The notes under the pieces are model-generated. The model was not told where the DNA came from and made no database searches. It was given only the letters and a program-made list of their open reading frames with translations. Below, piece after piece: positions 48,358 to 57,962 of a DNA stretch of 64,000 nucleotides. The position numbers and the translations under genes were made by a program. The stretch's first letter is position 1. Every line of letters begins with the position of its first letter. Source of the stretch: Dehalococcoidia bacterium (GTDB lineage: Bacteria; Chloroflexota; Dehalococcoidia; Lucifugimonadales; CBDFII01); contig CBDFII010000005.1 in the NCBI GenBank assembly GCA_965248115.1, positions 154,551-218,550 of the forward strand, given 5' to 3'.

Positions 48358-49377
48358 TTACAGGTTAAACTGGGGGTCGACGTAATCCTGATCTTTGATG
48401 TAGACCTGTAGTCGACCCCGCTGACAATCAGCTACTATAATTCGGCTCTCAGCCTCGTCAAAGGCCACGGCGGCGGGATAGTAGAACCGCCATTCCGGTT
48501 CCAGACTCTTGACCCTACGCCGCGCCTTAATCATATCCGGATTGGCTTCCAGCCGTAGCCGAGCCCACTTGGAGATCTCCTGGGCATCTCCAATGAGTGA
48601 GGTGATAACATCTCCATCGGGCCCAAAGATCTGGATACGATTGTTAGCCCAATCGCACACGTATATGTCACCTTCTCCGTCAACGGCCACGTCGGAAGGA
48701 TGGTTTAGCTCTCCTGCTCCTGTCCCAAAGGTGCCAAATATAGCCAAAAAAGTGCCGTCGGGGGAGAACTTCTGCACCCGATGGTTTTTCCAATCGGCAA
48801 CGTAAATGTCCCCTTGATTGTCGATGGTGATGCCCCAAGGGAAGTTGAACTGGCCCTCACCGGTGCCCCCTTCCCCAAATTTGGCTAAAAAGGTGCCGTC
48901 CTTGGTGAACTTCTGGACGCGATTGTTGGCGCTATCGACGACGTAGAGGTTATCCTCCCTGTCAAAGACCATACCTGAAGGGCGATTAAATTCCCCGTCC
49001 CTTTGCCCCGGCATACCCCATGTGTCCAGGAAATTGCCATCTTTATCGAATATGGAGATACTATGTGGCCACTCGTCGGAGACGTAGACGTTGCCTTCCC
49101 TGTCCAGGGCCACAGAGGTGGGCCACGTAGTTTGCCCATCTCTCTCGCCGTACTGGCCAAACTCACATATGAATTCTTCCTCTCCAGGTCCTCCGATGGT
49201 GATCTTGCTCACTCGAGTAAAAAAGGCGGTTTCGCTGCCCCGGCTAACCACATACACCACTCCACCTTGACCTATTGCCAAAGCCGTTGGCACGTGAAAT
49301 CCGTTGCCCGTGCCCCTGACTGTTCCCACCACATGGCTAAAGTTATACACTCGCCCTGATGCTATGGTCGTGAGCAT
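48358..49377 (-). CDS. NHL-repeat six-bladed beta-propeller protein
   Basis: It has repeated units of the form G.F..P.G.A.D..GN.YV.D..N.R.Q.F...G.F. Confidence 0.8.
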   Translation of the reverse strand: MLTTIASGRVYNFSHVVGTVRGTGNGFHVPTALAIGQGGVVYVVSRGSETAFFTRVSKITIGGPGEEEFICEFGQYGERDGQTTWPTSVALDREGNVYVSDEWPHSISIFDKDGNFLDTWGMPGQRDGEFNRPSGMVFDREDNLYVVDSANNRVQKFTKDGTFLAKFGEGGTGEGQFNFPWGITIDNQGDIYVADWKNHRVQKFSPDGTFLAIFGTFGTGAGELNHPSDVAVDGEGDIYVCDWANNRIQIFGPDGDVITSLIGDAQEISKWARLRLEANPDMIKARRRVKSLEPEWRFYYPAAVAFDEAESRIIVADCQRGRLQVYIKDQDYVDPQFNL

Positions 49378-49561
49378 CTTGCGCTCCCCATTTGTGAAGT
49401 CTAGACAGGCGAAAATAGTGGCTGATAGCCACGTTTGTATCGCTTTGAAAGCGGGCCCCCAGTGTTCTCAGGAACAGTACAACGCCGGAGCGAGCTCTCT
49501 TCAGCGGAGGTATTACCTACCCGATCTCCAGGGAGCCTTAACTCTCTTATAGAAGGGGCCC

Positions 49562-50107
49562 TTACCCCTTGCCCATCAGCAGTTGCAGCACCTGGGGCAG
49601 TGCCTGACGGGCCCGATCCCACAACTGCTCTTCGGTTAGGGCGGTGATGGGGTGGGGCAGCACAACATAGGGGTAATCGGGTATGCCCTGGATCTGCGCC
49701 GTCATGTTGGCAGTTGGAATAAAGGGCTCGGTGCAGATGACCGCTGCGGGTTTACCCTGCTTCTCGATGGTGATGCCGTCGTGCACACTGCACGAACTGC
49801 AGGACCCTCAATCCCCTGTGGCAGTCACCACCATGTCACACTGGCTTAGCAGCTCTTGAAGAAGATCATCGGGGCAGGGACGGCTGGCGTTGCCCTTGTC
49901 GCGGGCAACGACCCCCTGTATCTGGTAGTGCTCCGCTATAAGGACACTTACATAGTCCAACAGCTTGTCGGCATTTCGTTTGCCATTGGAAAGTAGGCCC
50001 ACAGTCTTGCCGTTAAGGGATTCGGGCCTTGGCGCCATGTCTCCATGGGCTGGCATGGGCGGTACGGTGGGATTCAAAACGGTAAACTTGTCAGTTTGAA
50101 CTACCAT
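49562..50107 (-). CDS. Candidate selenoprotein (U-G-S-C motif); TGA at 49808-49810 read as Sec
   Basis: Track ORFs 49808..50107 and 49562..49786 are in the same frame with only this TGA between them. The translation across it is ...CDMVVTATGD-U-GSCSSCSVHDGITIEKQGKPAAVICTE.... A strong RBS (TAAGGAGG) precedes the ATG at 50107. Confidence 0.65.
49779..49795 (-). promoter_or_regulatory. SECIS-like hairpin downstream of the in-frame TGA
   Basis: On the minus strand, TCGTGCA GTG TGCACGA forms a 7-bp stem with a GUG loop. Again 19 nt separate the TGA from the loop. Confidence 0.35.
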
Positions 50108-50138
50108 GCGTTACCTCCTTACCTACTTTATGGGATTG

Positions 50139-51182
50139 TCAAATTTGACTTGTATCGATCTCCATAATAACGGAGCGTGACCCAATGCCGCCACCCCATA
50201 AGGGGATAACAGAGGCGAAGGCTCCAGCCTCTCCACCGGCGGTTATGAGGGTGATAGATTCGGGACTGAGGCAAATGGGAACCTTCTCCTTCTCCTTGGC
50301 AGGATCCGCTAAAGGCTCGGACCTGCTTGCCCGGGCCAGATCTCCGGCGGTACGTTGGGCGTCCTCAAAGAGGAACTGCCTCACTTGGGCCTTGGTCCAC
50401 CCAGCCTCCTTGATAGGGATCGTTAGCTCAGGAGAGATCACGACGATGATCTCGCCCTGGCCTGGGCCAGCAGCCCGGATAATATCGCTTATGCTGACCA
50501 GAATCCCCTCGGGGGTGTTGCCAACAACATTGGTTACCTGCCAGGGTGCAAGGGAAGCAAAGACAGTAACAGCACTTCGCTCTCGTGAGATTCCTCGTTC
50601 CACATGCAGGGGCTCCCAGGGGCTAGACTCCTCGTATTCGGCGAAGCAGAAGGAATATTTGCCAGGATGGCCCAGGGTGGACTTATCCAGTACCCCGGGG
50701 ATGGTACCGCACACGTTCATCAAGACCAAGCGCATGGCCCGGCCTACTGTGGCATTGGCCCGCCAGCCGGAGCCGAGGGCGTTAACGCCGCTGTTGAATC
50801 CCAGTTGATACCGTACAGGGCCGTTGACTACTACAAGTACAGTGGAGCCCTGGGTGCTAAGGGCACAGCTGTGGAGGTTAAAAGGGTCTTGGCAGATTGC
50901 ACGGACGGCAGCGGCTACCACTGGCATATATTCGGGCAGGCATCCGGCCATAACAGCGTTGATGGCCACCTTTTCAGCAGTGACCACACGTCCGCGGCCC
51001 GGCACCACGCCCAGAACATCGGAAGGAGCTAAGCCAGCCCTTTCCAGCGCCGCCACGACCTTAGCCTCAGTAGGTGGAACCACGGGCAACCCATCAGTCC
51101 AGCCCTGACTATAATAGAGCTCTATAGCTTCTTCTTGATCGGCAACCTGGATACGCTCGGAAATAACAGGCGACGTGCTCAT
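50139..51182 (-). CDS. Uncharacterised conserved protein, paralogue of 30642..31703, partner of the TGA-containing gene
   Basis: An RBS (GGAGGG) precedes the ATG at 51182. It shares the motifs GWTDGLPVVPPT, AINAVMAGCLPEYMPVVAAAV, GWRANATVGRA and EESSPWEPLH. It ends 31 nt before the downstream gene. Confidence 0.7.
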   Translation of the reverse strand: MSTSPVISERIQVADQEEAIELYYSQGWTDGLPVVPPTEAKVVAALERAGLAPSDVLGVVPGRGRVVTAEKVAINAVMAGCLPEYMPVVAAAVRAICQDPFNLHSCALSTQGSTVLVVVNGPVRYQLGFNSGVNALGSGWRANATVGRAMRLVLMNVCGTIPGVLDKSTLGHPGKYSFCFAEYEESSPWEPLHVERGISRERSAVTVFASLAPWQVTNVVGNTPEGILVSISDIIRAAGPGQGEIIVVISPELTIPIKEAGWTKAQVRQFLFEDAQRTAGDLARASRSEPLADPAKEKEKVPICLSPESITLITAGGEAGAFASVIPLWGGGIGSRSVIMEIDTSQI

Positions 51183-51442
51183 GGTGATCCCTCCGAGAAA
51201 GAACCTCATTATACGTACCACTGTGGTAAGAATCAACCAATCAATGAGGAGAGGAGCTTCCATAAGTTAGCCACTGGGGGTGGTAATCATATCCCGTAAG
51301 ACGATTGACATAGAAACCTAAGTCGGTTATGTTGCCCTGGGTAGGGACTAAATCGCCAGTCATCTCCTCGAAATTACTCCTTGAACCCGCACTTCAGATA
51401 GAGTTTTGTGCTTAAATACAGTAGTGGAGGAGGGCATCTACA

Positions 51443-52270
51443 ATGAAGCGAGCCTATGCTGATACGCCCGAGGGGCAGGTACACTACGTCACCGAAGGGT
51501 CTGGGGAACCCCTGCTTCTCCTCCACGAGACTCCCCGGTCCTGGGCTTCCTACGCCAAAGTGATCCCGCTTCTGGCGAAGACCCATCGAGTGATAGCTAT
51601 CGACACTCCCGGATTTGGAAACTCCGACCCCCCTCCACGGCCATTTGAGATAGAGGATTATGCCGCTAGCGTCACCCAGTTCCTTGATTCCTTGGGCATC
51701 TCCAAAACCAATGTCATGGGCGACCATACAGGGTCGTGTATAGCAGTAGAACTGGCGGTCAGGTGGCCAGAGCGGGTTCTACGACTGATATTAGCGGGTT
51801 TGCCATTTTGGCATAGTACAGAAGAACGCCTAACACGACTAAAACAGGTAGAGGAGGGAACCGCCGGAGCAGAAGAGGTAGACGGTTCCCATTGCACCAG
51901 CATTTGGCAATCCATCCTGGAGGCGATACCGGGAAGCGACAAAGGTGAGATTCCCCAAGAGGACTTAGAGTATGTGGCTCGATACACTCTGGAGACTCTC
52001 AACGCCGGGCGGCAATTCAAGGAGTTGCACATGGCCGTGTTTCGCTACGACCCAGAGCCCCGTTTGCCGCTAATTCAGGCACCAACTCTGTCTGTAGGTA
52101 TAAAAAACGACAGTCCTCCTAGATACACCGATCGTCCCCATGAGGTGAAGGCACTTATCCCGCGGAGCAGCGTTGCTGTATTCGAGAATGCCGATACACG
52201 GTATAAAATCCTCAAGGCAGAAGAAGTCGCCGAAAGGATTCTTCGCTTTTTGGAAACCCCCATACCCTGA
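51443..52270 (+). CDS. Alpha/beta-fold hydrolase
   Basis: The sequence has LLLLHE.P.S, a nucleophile-elbow-like GDHTGS, and the typical ~275-aa length. Confidence 0.85.
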   Translation: MKRAYADTPEGQVHYVTEGSGEPLLLLHETPRSWASYAKVIPLLAKTHRVIAIDTPGFGNSDPPPRPFEIEDYAASVTQFLDSLGISKTNVMGDHTGSCIAVELAVRWPERVLRLILAGLPFWHSTEERLTRLKQVEEGTAGAEEVDGSHCTSIWQSILEAIPGSDKGEIPQEDLEYVARYTLETLNAGRQFKELHMAVFRYDPEPRLPLIQAPTLSVGIKNDSPPRYTDRPHEVKALIPRSSVAVFENADTRYKILKAEEVAERILRFLETPIP

Positions 52271-52321
52271 AATCGCGGGCTTTCGGTTATAGTACGTGCA
52301 ATCGCAATGCTGCCATTGTCG

Positions 52322-52350
52322 TTGACCTGTTACTCGCTAGACTATATACT
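52322..52350 (+). promoter_or_regulatory. Sigma-70-like promoter upstream of the first RdhA/QueG-like gene
   Basis: TTGACC (52322-52327), a 17-nt spacer and TATACT (52345-52350) lie 30 nt upstream of the ATG at 52380. Confidence 0.4.
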
Positions 52351-52379
52351 TTGGATTGTTGTCTAAAGGGGAGGTAAGG

Positions 52380-53639
52380 ATGCTTAAGATAGGCCATTAT
52401 GTTGAACGCCCCGGGTTGAAGCCAAAGGATGCTCCTGTAACCATCCCTGTAGCCGAAGAGCTTGAGAGCGTCCCAGGAATCCCCCAAAACCCTGCGGACG
52501 TCGACTGGTACAGCCGGGAGTATCCCGAAGAGACTCAGCAGGTGGAATACACCGCCGACCGGGAATGGGCCAACACGGTGCTTACACCTGAGGCCAAGGA
52601 GTTCAAGGAATTACACGAAAAGGTAATGGAACCTATCTACAAGCGCATCAGGGTCTCGGGGGATATCGAGCCCACAGCCCAGCCCACCGGCGAGGACGTG
52701 ACGGAGAAGATCAAGGCCAAGGCCCAAGAGTTGGGCTACCGTGAGGTGGGCATCGTCAAGTACGACCACCGTTATACATATAAGAGCGTGAAGCACTTCG
52801 TAAAGTACGAGCACGCCATCTGCCTGATGATGGAGCAAGATTACGAGCAGACCCAATCGGCTCCTAGCATGGATGCCGAGCACGGCCACTTCGGCACCTA
52901 CGAGATGCAAGGAATCGCTGGGCAGCGTCTCGCCGACTACGTCCGCTCCTTGGGCTACCATGCCCAAATACACGGCCCCAGCAACCACAACGCCGTAACC
53001 ATCCCCATGTTTGTTGAGGCAGGGCTGGGCCAATTGGGGGCTAACGGTCAGCTTCTCTCACCCCACTTCGGCTCCCGTGGCAGGCTCCAGCTCATTACCA
53101 CCGACGCCAAGGTAACCTACGACAAGCCGGTGGACTACGGGATCCACCGCTTTTGCCAGGTCTGCCAGGTGTGTGTCAATCGCTGTCCTGGGCGGGCCCT
53201 TCAGCGGGAGAAGGTGTGGTGGCGAGGCGTAGAGAAGAACAAGCTGACATACAAGCGCTGTGCCCCCGTGATGTTCCGCTATGAGGGGTGTGCCGTGTGC
53301 ATGAGGGTGTGCCCCATTCAGAAGTACGGAATGAAGGCCGTGATGGAGCACTACGTGGACACTGGGGAGGTGCTGGGCAAGGGCACCCACGAGCTGGAGG
53401 GCTACGAGATGCGGGGCAAGGGATATTTCGGCCCCGGCCAGCTTCCCACCTTTGACAACCAGTTCTTCCAGATCCCCCATGGCCGCACCGAGGACATGCT
53501 CTTTGAGGATTTCAAAGCTGAGCTCATCGACGGCGAGCTTCCCTCGGGCTCAGATGGGATCCGCATACTGGAGGAGTTCAAGGCCAATGTTAAGCACGCC
53601 TTGGACGAAGCCGCCCGGGCCACCAACCCTATGGACTAG
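52380..53639 (+). CDS. Reductive dehalogenase / epoxyqueuosine reductase (RdhA/QueG)-superfamily-like Fe-S protein, no signal peptide
   Basis: The core EAGLGQLGANGQLLSPHFGSRGRLQLITTD is followed by CQVCQVCVNRCP (C-x2-C-x2-C-x3-CP) and C-x10-CAVCMRVCP. An RBS (GGGGAGG) precedes the ATG at 52380. Confidence 0.65.
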   Translation: MLKIGHYVERPGLKPKDAPVTIPVAEELESVPGIPQNPADVDWYSREYPEETQQVEYTADREWANTVLTPEAKEFKELHEKVMEPIYKRIRVSGDIEPTAQPTGEDVTEKIKAKAQELGYREVGIVKYDHRYTYKSVKHFVKYEHAICLMMEQDYEQTQSAPSMDAEHGHFGTYEMQGIAGQRLADYVRSLGYHAQIHGPSNHNAVTIPMFVEAGLGQLGANGQLLSPHFGSRGRLQLITTDAKVTYDKPVDYGIHRFCQVCQVCVNRCPGRALQREKVWWRGVEKNKLTYKRCAPVMFRYEGCAVCMRVCPIQKYGMKAVMEHYVDTGEVLGKGTHELEGYEMRGKGYFGPGQLPTFDNQFFQIPHGRTEDMLFEDFKAELIDGELPSGSDGIRILEEFKANVKHALDEAARATNPMD

Positions 53640-53840
53640 GGGGTCTTCCATCTCCCAAAGGCCTCGCTCAGAAGTTTCCACGGGAAAGTTGGTTCGATAT
53701 CAACCAAGAAGCGTAAATAGAGGAAGTCGGCTGCACAGTGCAGTGAAGGGTATAGCAATGGTCCACATTTCAATTGACGCTCTGCCCTTAAGCCTGGAGA
53801 ACCCAAGTGGTCTTTATCTCAATCAAAGAGGAGGTAAGAG

Positions 53841-55127
53841 ATGCTTAAGATAGGTCATTACGTTGAACGTCCCGGTAGAAAGGCAAAGGACCCATCTGTC
53901 AACATCCCTGTAGCCGAAGAACTGGAAACGATCCCAGGCATCCCCATCCATCATCAGGACGTGGAGTTCTACTCCCGTGAGTATCCCCTGGAGTTCATCA
54001 ACATTGTCGAGCGTGCGCCTCAGGACTGGGCCAACCAGCTTGAAGACTCCAATCCAGACACTCGGGAGATCCATAACGAGCACAGACGCCTTAACAAGCC
54101 ACTAATCGAGGCGGCCCGTCGCACCGGGGATATAGAGCCTACGGATATGCCCACGGGCGAAGACGTCACTGATAAGATCAAGGCCAAGGCTCGCCAGCTA
54201 GGCTTCGGCGAGGTGGGGATCACCAAGTACGATCATCACTATACTTACGAGAGCAAAAAGAGCTGGGTCAAGAAGTACCCCCATGCCATCTGTCTGGCTT
54301 ACGAGCAATCCTACGAGTCCACCCAGTCAATCCCTAGCGTGGCAGCGGAGATTGTCCACTCCAGTACCTACAGAACCGAGGGTGCTGTCAGCCTAGACCT
54401 GGCTGATTACATTCGCACTCTGGGGTATCACGCCCAGGTACACAACCCCAACGACAACACCGGTGCTTACATACCCGTGTTCGTGCAGGCTGGGCTAGGC
54501 CAATTGGGAGCCAACGGTCAGCTTCTCTCCCCCCACTTTGGCTCCCGGTCCAGGATAATGCTCATCACTACCGATGCTAAGGTGACACACGACCAGCCTG
54601 TGGACTATGGCATCCATCGCTTCTGCCAGATATGCCAGGTGTGCGTCAACCGCTGTCCCGGGCGGGCACTGATGCGGGAAAAGATATGGTGGCGGGGCGC
54701 AGAGAAGAACAAGCTGATCTATAAGCGCTGCCGCCCGGTAATGGCCCGCTACCTTGGCTGCGGTGTCTGCATCAAGGTGTGCCCTGTCCAGAAGTATGGT
54801 ATGAAGGCCGTGATGGACCATTACGTGGCCACGGGGCAGGTGTTGGGCAAGGGCACACACGAGTTGGAGGCATATTCCATGGAGGGCAAGGGCTATTTCG
54901 GACCCGGTCAGCTTCCGTCATTCGACGCCGAGTTCTTCAATATGCCCCACGGCACTGCTGAGAATCACGTGCTGGAGCAGTTCAAGGAAAAGTTCCAGGA
55001 GGTCGACGATATTGACTCATCTGAGGGTGAAGCCCTGTTCGAGCAGTTCAAAACCACCCTGGTAACGGCTTTTGGGCTAAGCCCCAACTACGACCCCCAA
55101 GAGCAGGAGGATACCCCAAACTTCTAA
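53841..55127 (+). CDS. RdhA/QueG-superfamily-like Fe-S protein, tandem paralogue of 52380..53639
   Basis: The two proteins share the first 12 residues (MLKIGHYVERPG), the same core and the same two Cys motifs (CQICQVCVNRCP; C-x10-CGVCIKVCP). Confidence 0.65.
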   Translation: MLKIGHYVERPGRKAKDPSVNIPVAEELETIPGIPIHHQDVEFYSREYPLEFINIVERAPQDWANQLEDSNPDTREIHNEHRRLNKPLIEAARRTGDIEPTDMPTGEDVTDKIKAKARQLGFGEVGITKYDHHYTYESKKSWVKKYPHAICLAYEQSYESTQSIPSVAAEIVHSSTYRTEGAVSLDLADYIRTLGYHAQVHNPNDNTGAYIPVFVQAGLGQLGANGQLLSPHFGSRSRIMLITTDAKVTHDQPVDYGIHRFCQICQVCVNRCPGRALMREKIWWRGAEKNKLIYKRCRPVMARYLGCGVCIKVCPVQKYGMKAVMDHYVATGQVLGKGTHELEAYSMEGKGYFGPGQLPSFDAEFFNMPHGTAENHVLEQFKEKFQEVDDIDSSEGEALFEQFKTTLVTAFGLSPNYDPQEQEDTPNF

Positions 55128-55483
55128 GAGCCTCCACCCACTTAGGCATCGCACAAATTTGCCGCCCGTACCGTACAAAAGGAGAAGAGCCAATAGGGGG
55201 CTGAAGCTCTCACCATAGGTGGGAGTATCGGCCCCCTCGATGTGCCAACCGCCGTCTGACAACGTTGACATCGCAGTCCTTCGTGTTATCAGGCTGCTTC
55301 TTACGCTTTGACTTGAAGAAGAACGAAGTAAGGGTCTCGATTGGTCAGCCATACCCTCGCAGCGGGGTGGTGATATAATCCTGGAGCTTCAGCCCTTTCA
55401 TAGAAGCACTTCTCCATAGGGCAAGCAGTCCAAAACTACCGAAATCCATCCGTCTCTCCCATCCATCGACAGGAGGAACAGCA

Positions 55484-56380
55484 ATGAAGCTGGGCTTTAT
55501 TGGCATGGGTAACATGGGCAACCCCATGGCCTCCAATCTGATCAAGGCAGGCCACCAACTCACCATCCACGACTTACGCAGTGAAACAGCCGCCAATCTT
55601 CTGGAGATGGGGGCCATCTGGGCCAACTCCCCCAAGGCGGCCACCGAGGGCAACGAAGTGGTGTTCACCTCCCTTCCTGGGCCGAGAGAGGTGGAAGCAG
55701 TGGCCCTGGGTGAGCAGGGAATAGGGGAGGGGGTAAGCCCAGGCTCTATTTATGTGGACCTCTCCACTAACTCTCCCACTGTTATCCGGCGTATCCATCA
55801 GCGCCTCCAAGAGCAGGGGGCAATGGTGCTAGACGCGCCCGTCAGTGGGGGTCCATACGGAGCGGTTGCCGGCACTTTGGCCATTATGGTAGGAGGTGAC
55901 GAGGCAATATATCGAAGGATAAAGCCTGTGCTTGAGGCTATCGGCCCAAACGTGCTCTACTGCGGCCCCATAGGAAATGGCATGGCGTGTAAGATATGCA
56001 ACAATCTGCTGAGCATGGGCATCGCCATCCTGCTGGCCGAATCTCTGACTTTGGGCATTAAATCGGGGGTTGATCTGAAGGTACTGGCGGACGTTATCGG
56101 CAAAAGCTCAGGCAGCAGCCGTCGCCTCGAGGAGCGCTTCCCACGCTTCCTGTTTAAGGGCAATTTTCAGCCAGGTTTCGCTACAGCCCTGGCCGCCAAG
56201 GACGTTCGGCTAGCTACGGACCTGGGCAGGGAGTTTGGATTCCCCATGGAATTGTCCAACCTCGTCGACCAGATATATTTAGAGGCGCTGTCCCGAGGCT
56301 GGGGAGACAAGGACATGGACATCATCGCCGCCCTTCAGGAGGAGAAGACGGGCATCCAGCTACGCATTCCCGAGGACTGA
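55484..56380 (+). CDS. NAD(P)-dependent 3-hydroxyisobutyrate dehydrogenase-family oxidoreductase
   Basis: The motif [19 protein letters not shown] and the 6PGDH-like C-terminal domain are present. Confidence 0.85.
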   Translation: MKLGFIGMGNMGNPMASNLIKAGHQLTIHDLRSETAANLLEMGAIWANSPKAATEGNEVVFTSLPGPREVEAVALGEQGIGEGVSPGSIYVDLSTNSPTVIRRIHQRLQEQGAMVLDAPVSGGPYGAVAGTLAIMVGGDEAIYRRIKPVLEAIGPNVLYCGPIGNGMACKICNNLLSMGIAILLAESLTLGIKSGVDLKVLADVIGKSSGSSRRLEERFPRFLFKGNFQPGFATALAAKDVRLATDLGREFGFPMELSNLVDQIYLEALSRGWGDKDMDIIAALQEEKTGIQLRIPED

Positions 56381-56575
56381 GACACTATCCTCTGTTTCCT
56401 TTAGTACCATCCCGGTGTGTGGATAGCTCCGATTTGCTGCATCATTCCAAGCTATTCCACCTCCTGCCACATCTCTGCAATTTTCTATCCGACAGCCACT
56501 CTTTACACCTTTTAGGTGGCTTTCTATAGTGCATCCGTTACCACGCAGATTAGGCGATCCCTAAGGAGGTCAAGC

Positions 56576-56767
56576 ATGGCAGACCCTAAAGTCAAAGTGG
56601 GCAACGTGGAGATAATCTCTATATCCGATGCCGACAAGAAGTTCCCCAACAACTTTGGGTGCTTCGCCGTCCGCGAGTCGAACCACGGTGCGGATGGTAT
56701 CATGCAGAGAGACGAAGGGCGATCTCAAAAGTTCTTGCTTCTGTACGGTATGGCCCACCAGTGCTAA
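56576..56767 (+). CDS. 63-aa ORF with a strong RBS; possibly an N-terminal remnant of a longer gene
   Basis: A TAAGGAGGT and 5-nt spacer precede the ATG. The sequence MADPKVKVGNVEIISISDA resembles the start of some MBL-fold hydrolases but then diverges. Confidence 0.3.
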   Translation: MADPKVKVGNVEIISISDADKKFPNNFGCFAVRESNHGADGIMQRDEGRSQKFLLLYGMAHQC

Positions 56768-56874
56768 CATTTGCGAAAGTCTTGCGAGCAGCGCTTAGAT
56801 TTTAAGACCCCCGGGTAGTACAGTGGCGTCAGGTCAACAGAGGACAGCCGAACCTTCGAAGTGAATGAATACTA

Positions 56875-57846
56875 ATGAAAGCGATTGTATACACAAAATA
56901 CGGACCACCGGATGTTCTTCAGCTCAAAGAGGTAGAAAAACCTACTCCCAAGAACAATGAAGTACTCATAAAAATACATGCTACAACAGTAAATCGAACA
57001 GACTGCGGCTTCAGAAAGCCTAACCCGTTTTTTATAAGATTTTTTAGTGGCCTCGTGAGACCAAAAAGAACGATACTAGGGAGTGAGCTAGCCGGGGAGA
57101 TTGAAGCAGTCGGCAAAGATGTCAAATTATTCGAAAAAGGTGACCAAGTTTTTGGATTGAGTGGCGACAGTTTTGGTGCCTATGCCGAGTACATATGCCT
57201 GCCCGAAGAAGGGTCGGTGACAACAAAACCGGCCAATATGACCTATGAGGAAGCTGCCGTTGTCTGCGACGGGGCAATGCTCGCATTGTCTTGCCTTAGA
57301 AAAGTAAATATTCAGAAGCGAAAAATAATCCTTATCAATGGTGCCTCTGGATCCATAGGTACTGCAGCGGTACAGCTTGCCAAGTATTACGGAGCAAAAA
57401 TTACAGCGGTTTGTAATACCAAAAATATAGAAATAGTGAAGTCTCTGGGAGCAGATGAAGTAATTGATTACACCAAAGATGATTTTACTAAGAACGGCCA
57501 AACTTATGACATTGTTTTTGACGCGGTCGGCAAGAGTTCATTTTCATATTGTAAAAGCTCCCTAAAGCAAGGCGGACTCTATATTGCAACTGATTTGGGT
57601 TTTTTATACCAGAACGTATTTTATGCGTTGTGGACTGCAAAATTTGGCAGCAAAAAATGTATCTTTGCAATTCCAAAACACAGTAAAGAAGATATAGTCT
57701 TTTTCAAAGAGCTTATCGAGGCGGGAAAGTTAACACCGGTCATAGATAGACGCTATCCGTTGGAACAAATTCCCGAGGCTCACAGGTATGTCGAAAAAGG
57801 GCAAAAAACGGGAAATGTAGTCATAACTGTGCGAGGTGAAGTCTAA
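56875..57846 (+). CDS. Medium-chain dehydrogenase/reductase (quinone oxidoreductase / Zn-independent ADH-like)
   Basis: The sequence [23 protein letters not shown] and the motif [17 protein letters not shown] are present. The gene is visibly AT-richer than its surroundings. Confidence 0.85.
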   Translation: MKAIVYTKYGPPDVLQLKEVEKPTPKNNEVLIKIHATTVNRTDCGFRKPNPFFIRFFSGLVRPKRTILGSELAGEIEAVGKDVKLFEKGDQVFGLSGDSFGAYAEYICLPEEGSVTTKPANMTYEEAAVVCDGAMLALSCLRKVNIQKRKIILINGASGSIGTAAVQLAKYYGAKITAVCNTKNIEIVKSLGADEVIDYTKDDFTKNGQTYDIVFDAVGKSSFSYCKSSLKQGGLYIATDLGFLYQNVFYALWTAKFGSKKCIFAIPKHSKEDIVFFKELIEAGKLTPVIDRRYPLEQIPEAHRYVEKGQKTGNVVITVRGEV

Positions 57847-57962
57847 AGGGAAAGGGTGCAAAAGGCTCCGGCTACTGTACGGTCGAGCCGGGTTCGAACC
57901 GGCTGTGTGGTGAACAGAGGCAACGCGGTCTCAAACGTTAAGTGGACCAAGAGGAGGACATC

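Noticed and set aside
52287-52487. A short minus-strand ORF overlapping the 5' end of the first RdhA/QueG-like gene, with a similar one at 53823..54083 over the second (shared ...FGYRD...NxMxYLKH...).
   Set aside because: The similarity is explained by the nearly identical sense-strand 5' coding sequences (MLKIGHYVERPG...). Neither has an RBS.
55077-55668. Two minus-strand ORFs spanning the intergenic region and the 5' end of the 3-hydroxyisobutyrate dehydrogenase-family gene.
   Set aside because: One is antisense to the conserved GxGxxG N-terminus and the other lies in non-coding spacer. Neither has an RBS or recognisable motifs.
57886-57904. The hairpin AGCCGG-GTTCGAA-CCGGCT considered as a tRNA fragment or att site.
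   Set aside because: Only the T-arm-like palindrome is present, with no flanking tRNA sequence and no matching repeat elsewhere in the window. It is kept only as context in the low-GC gene finding.
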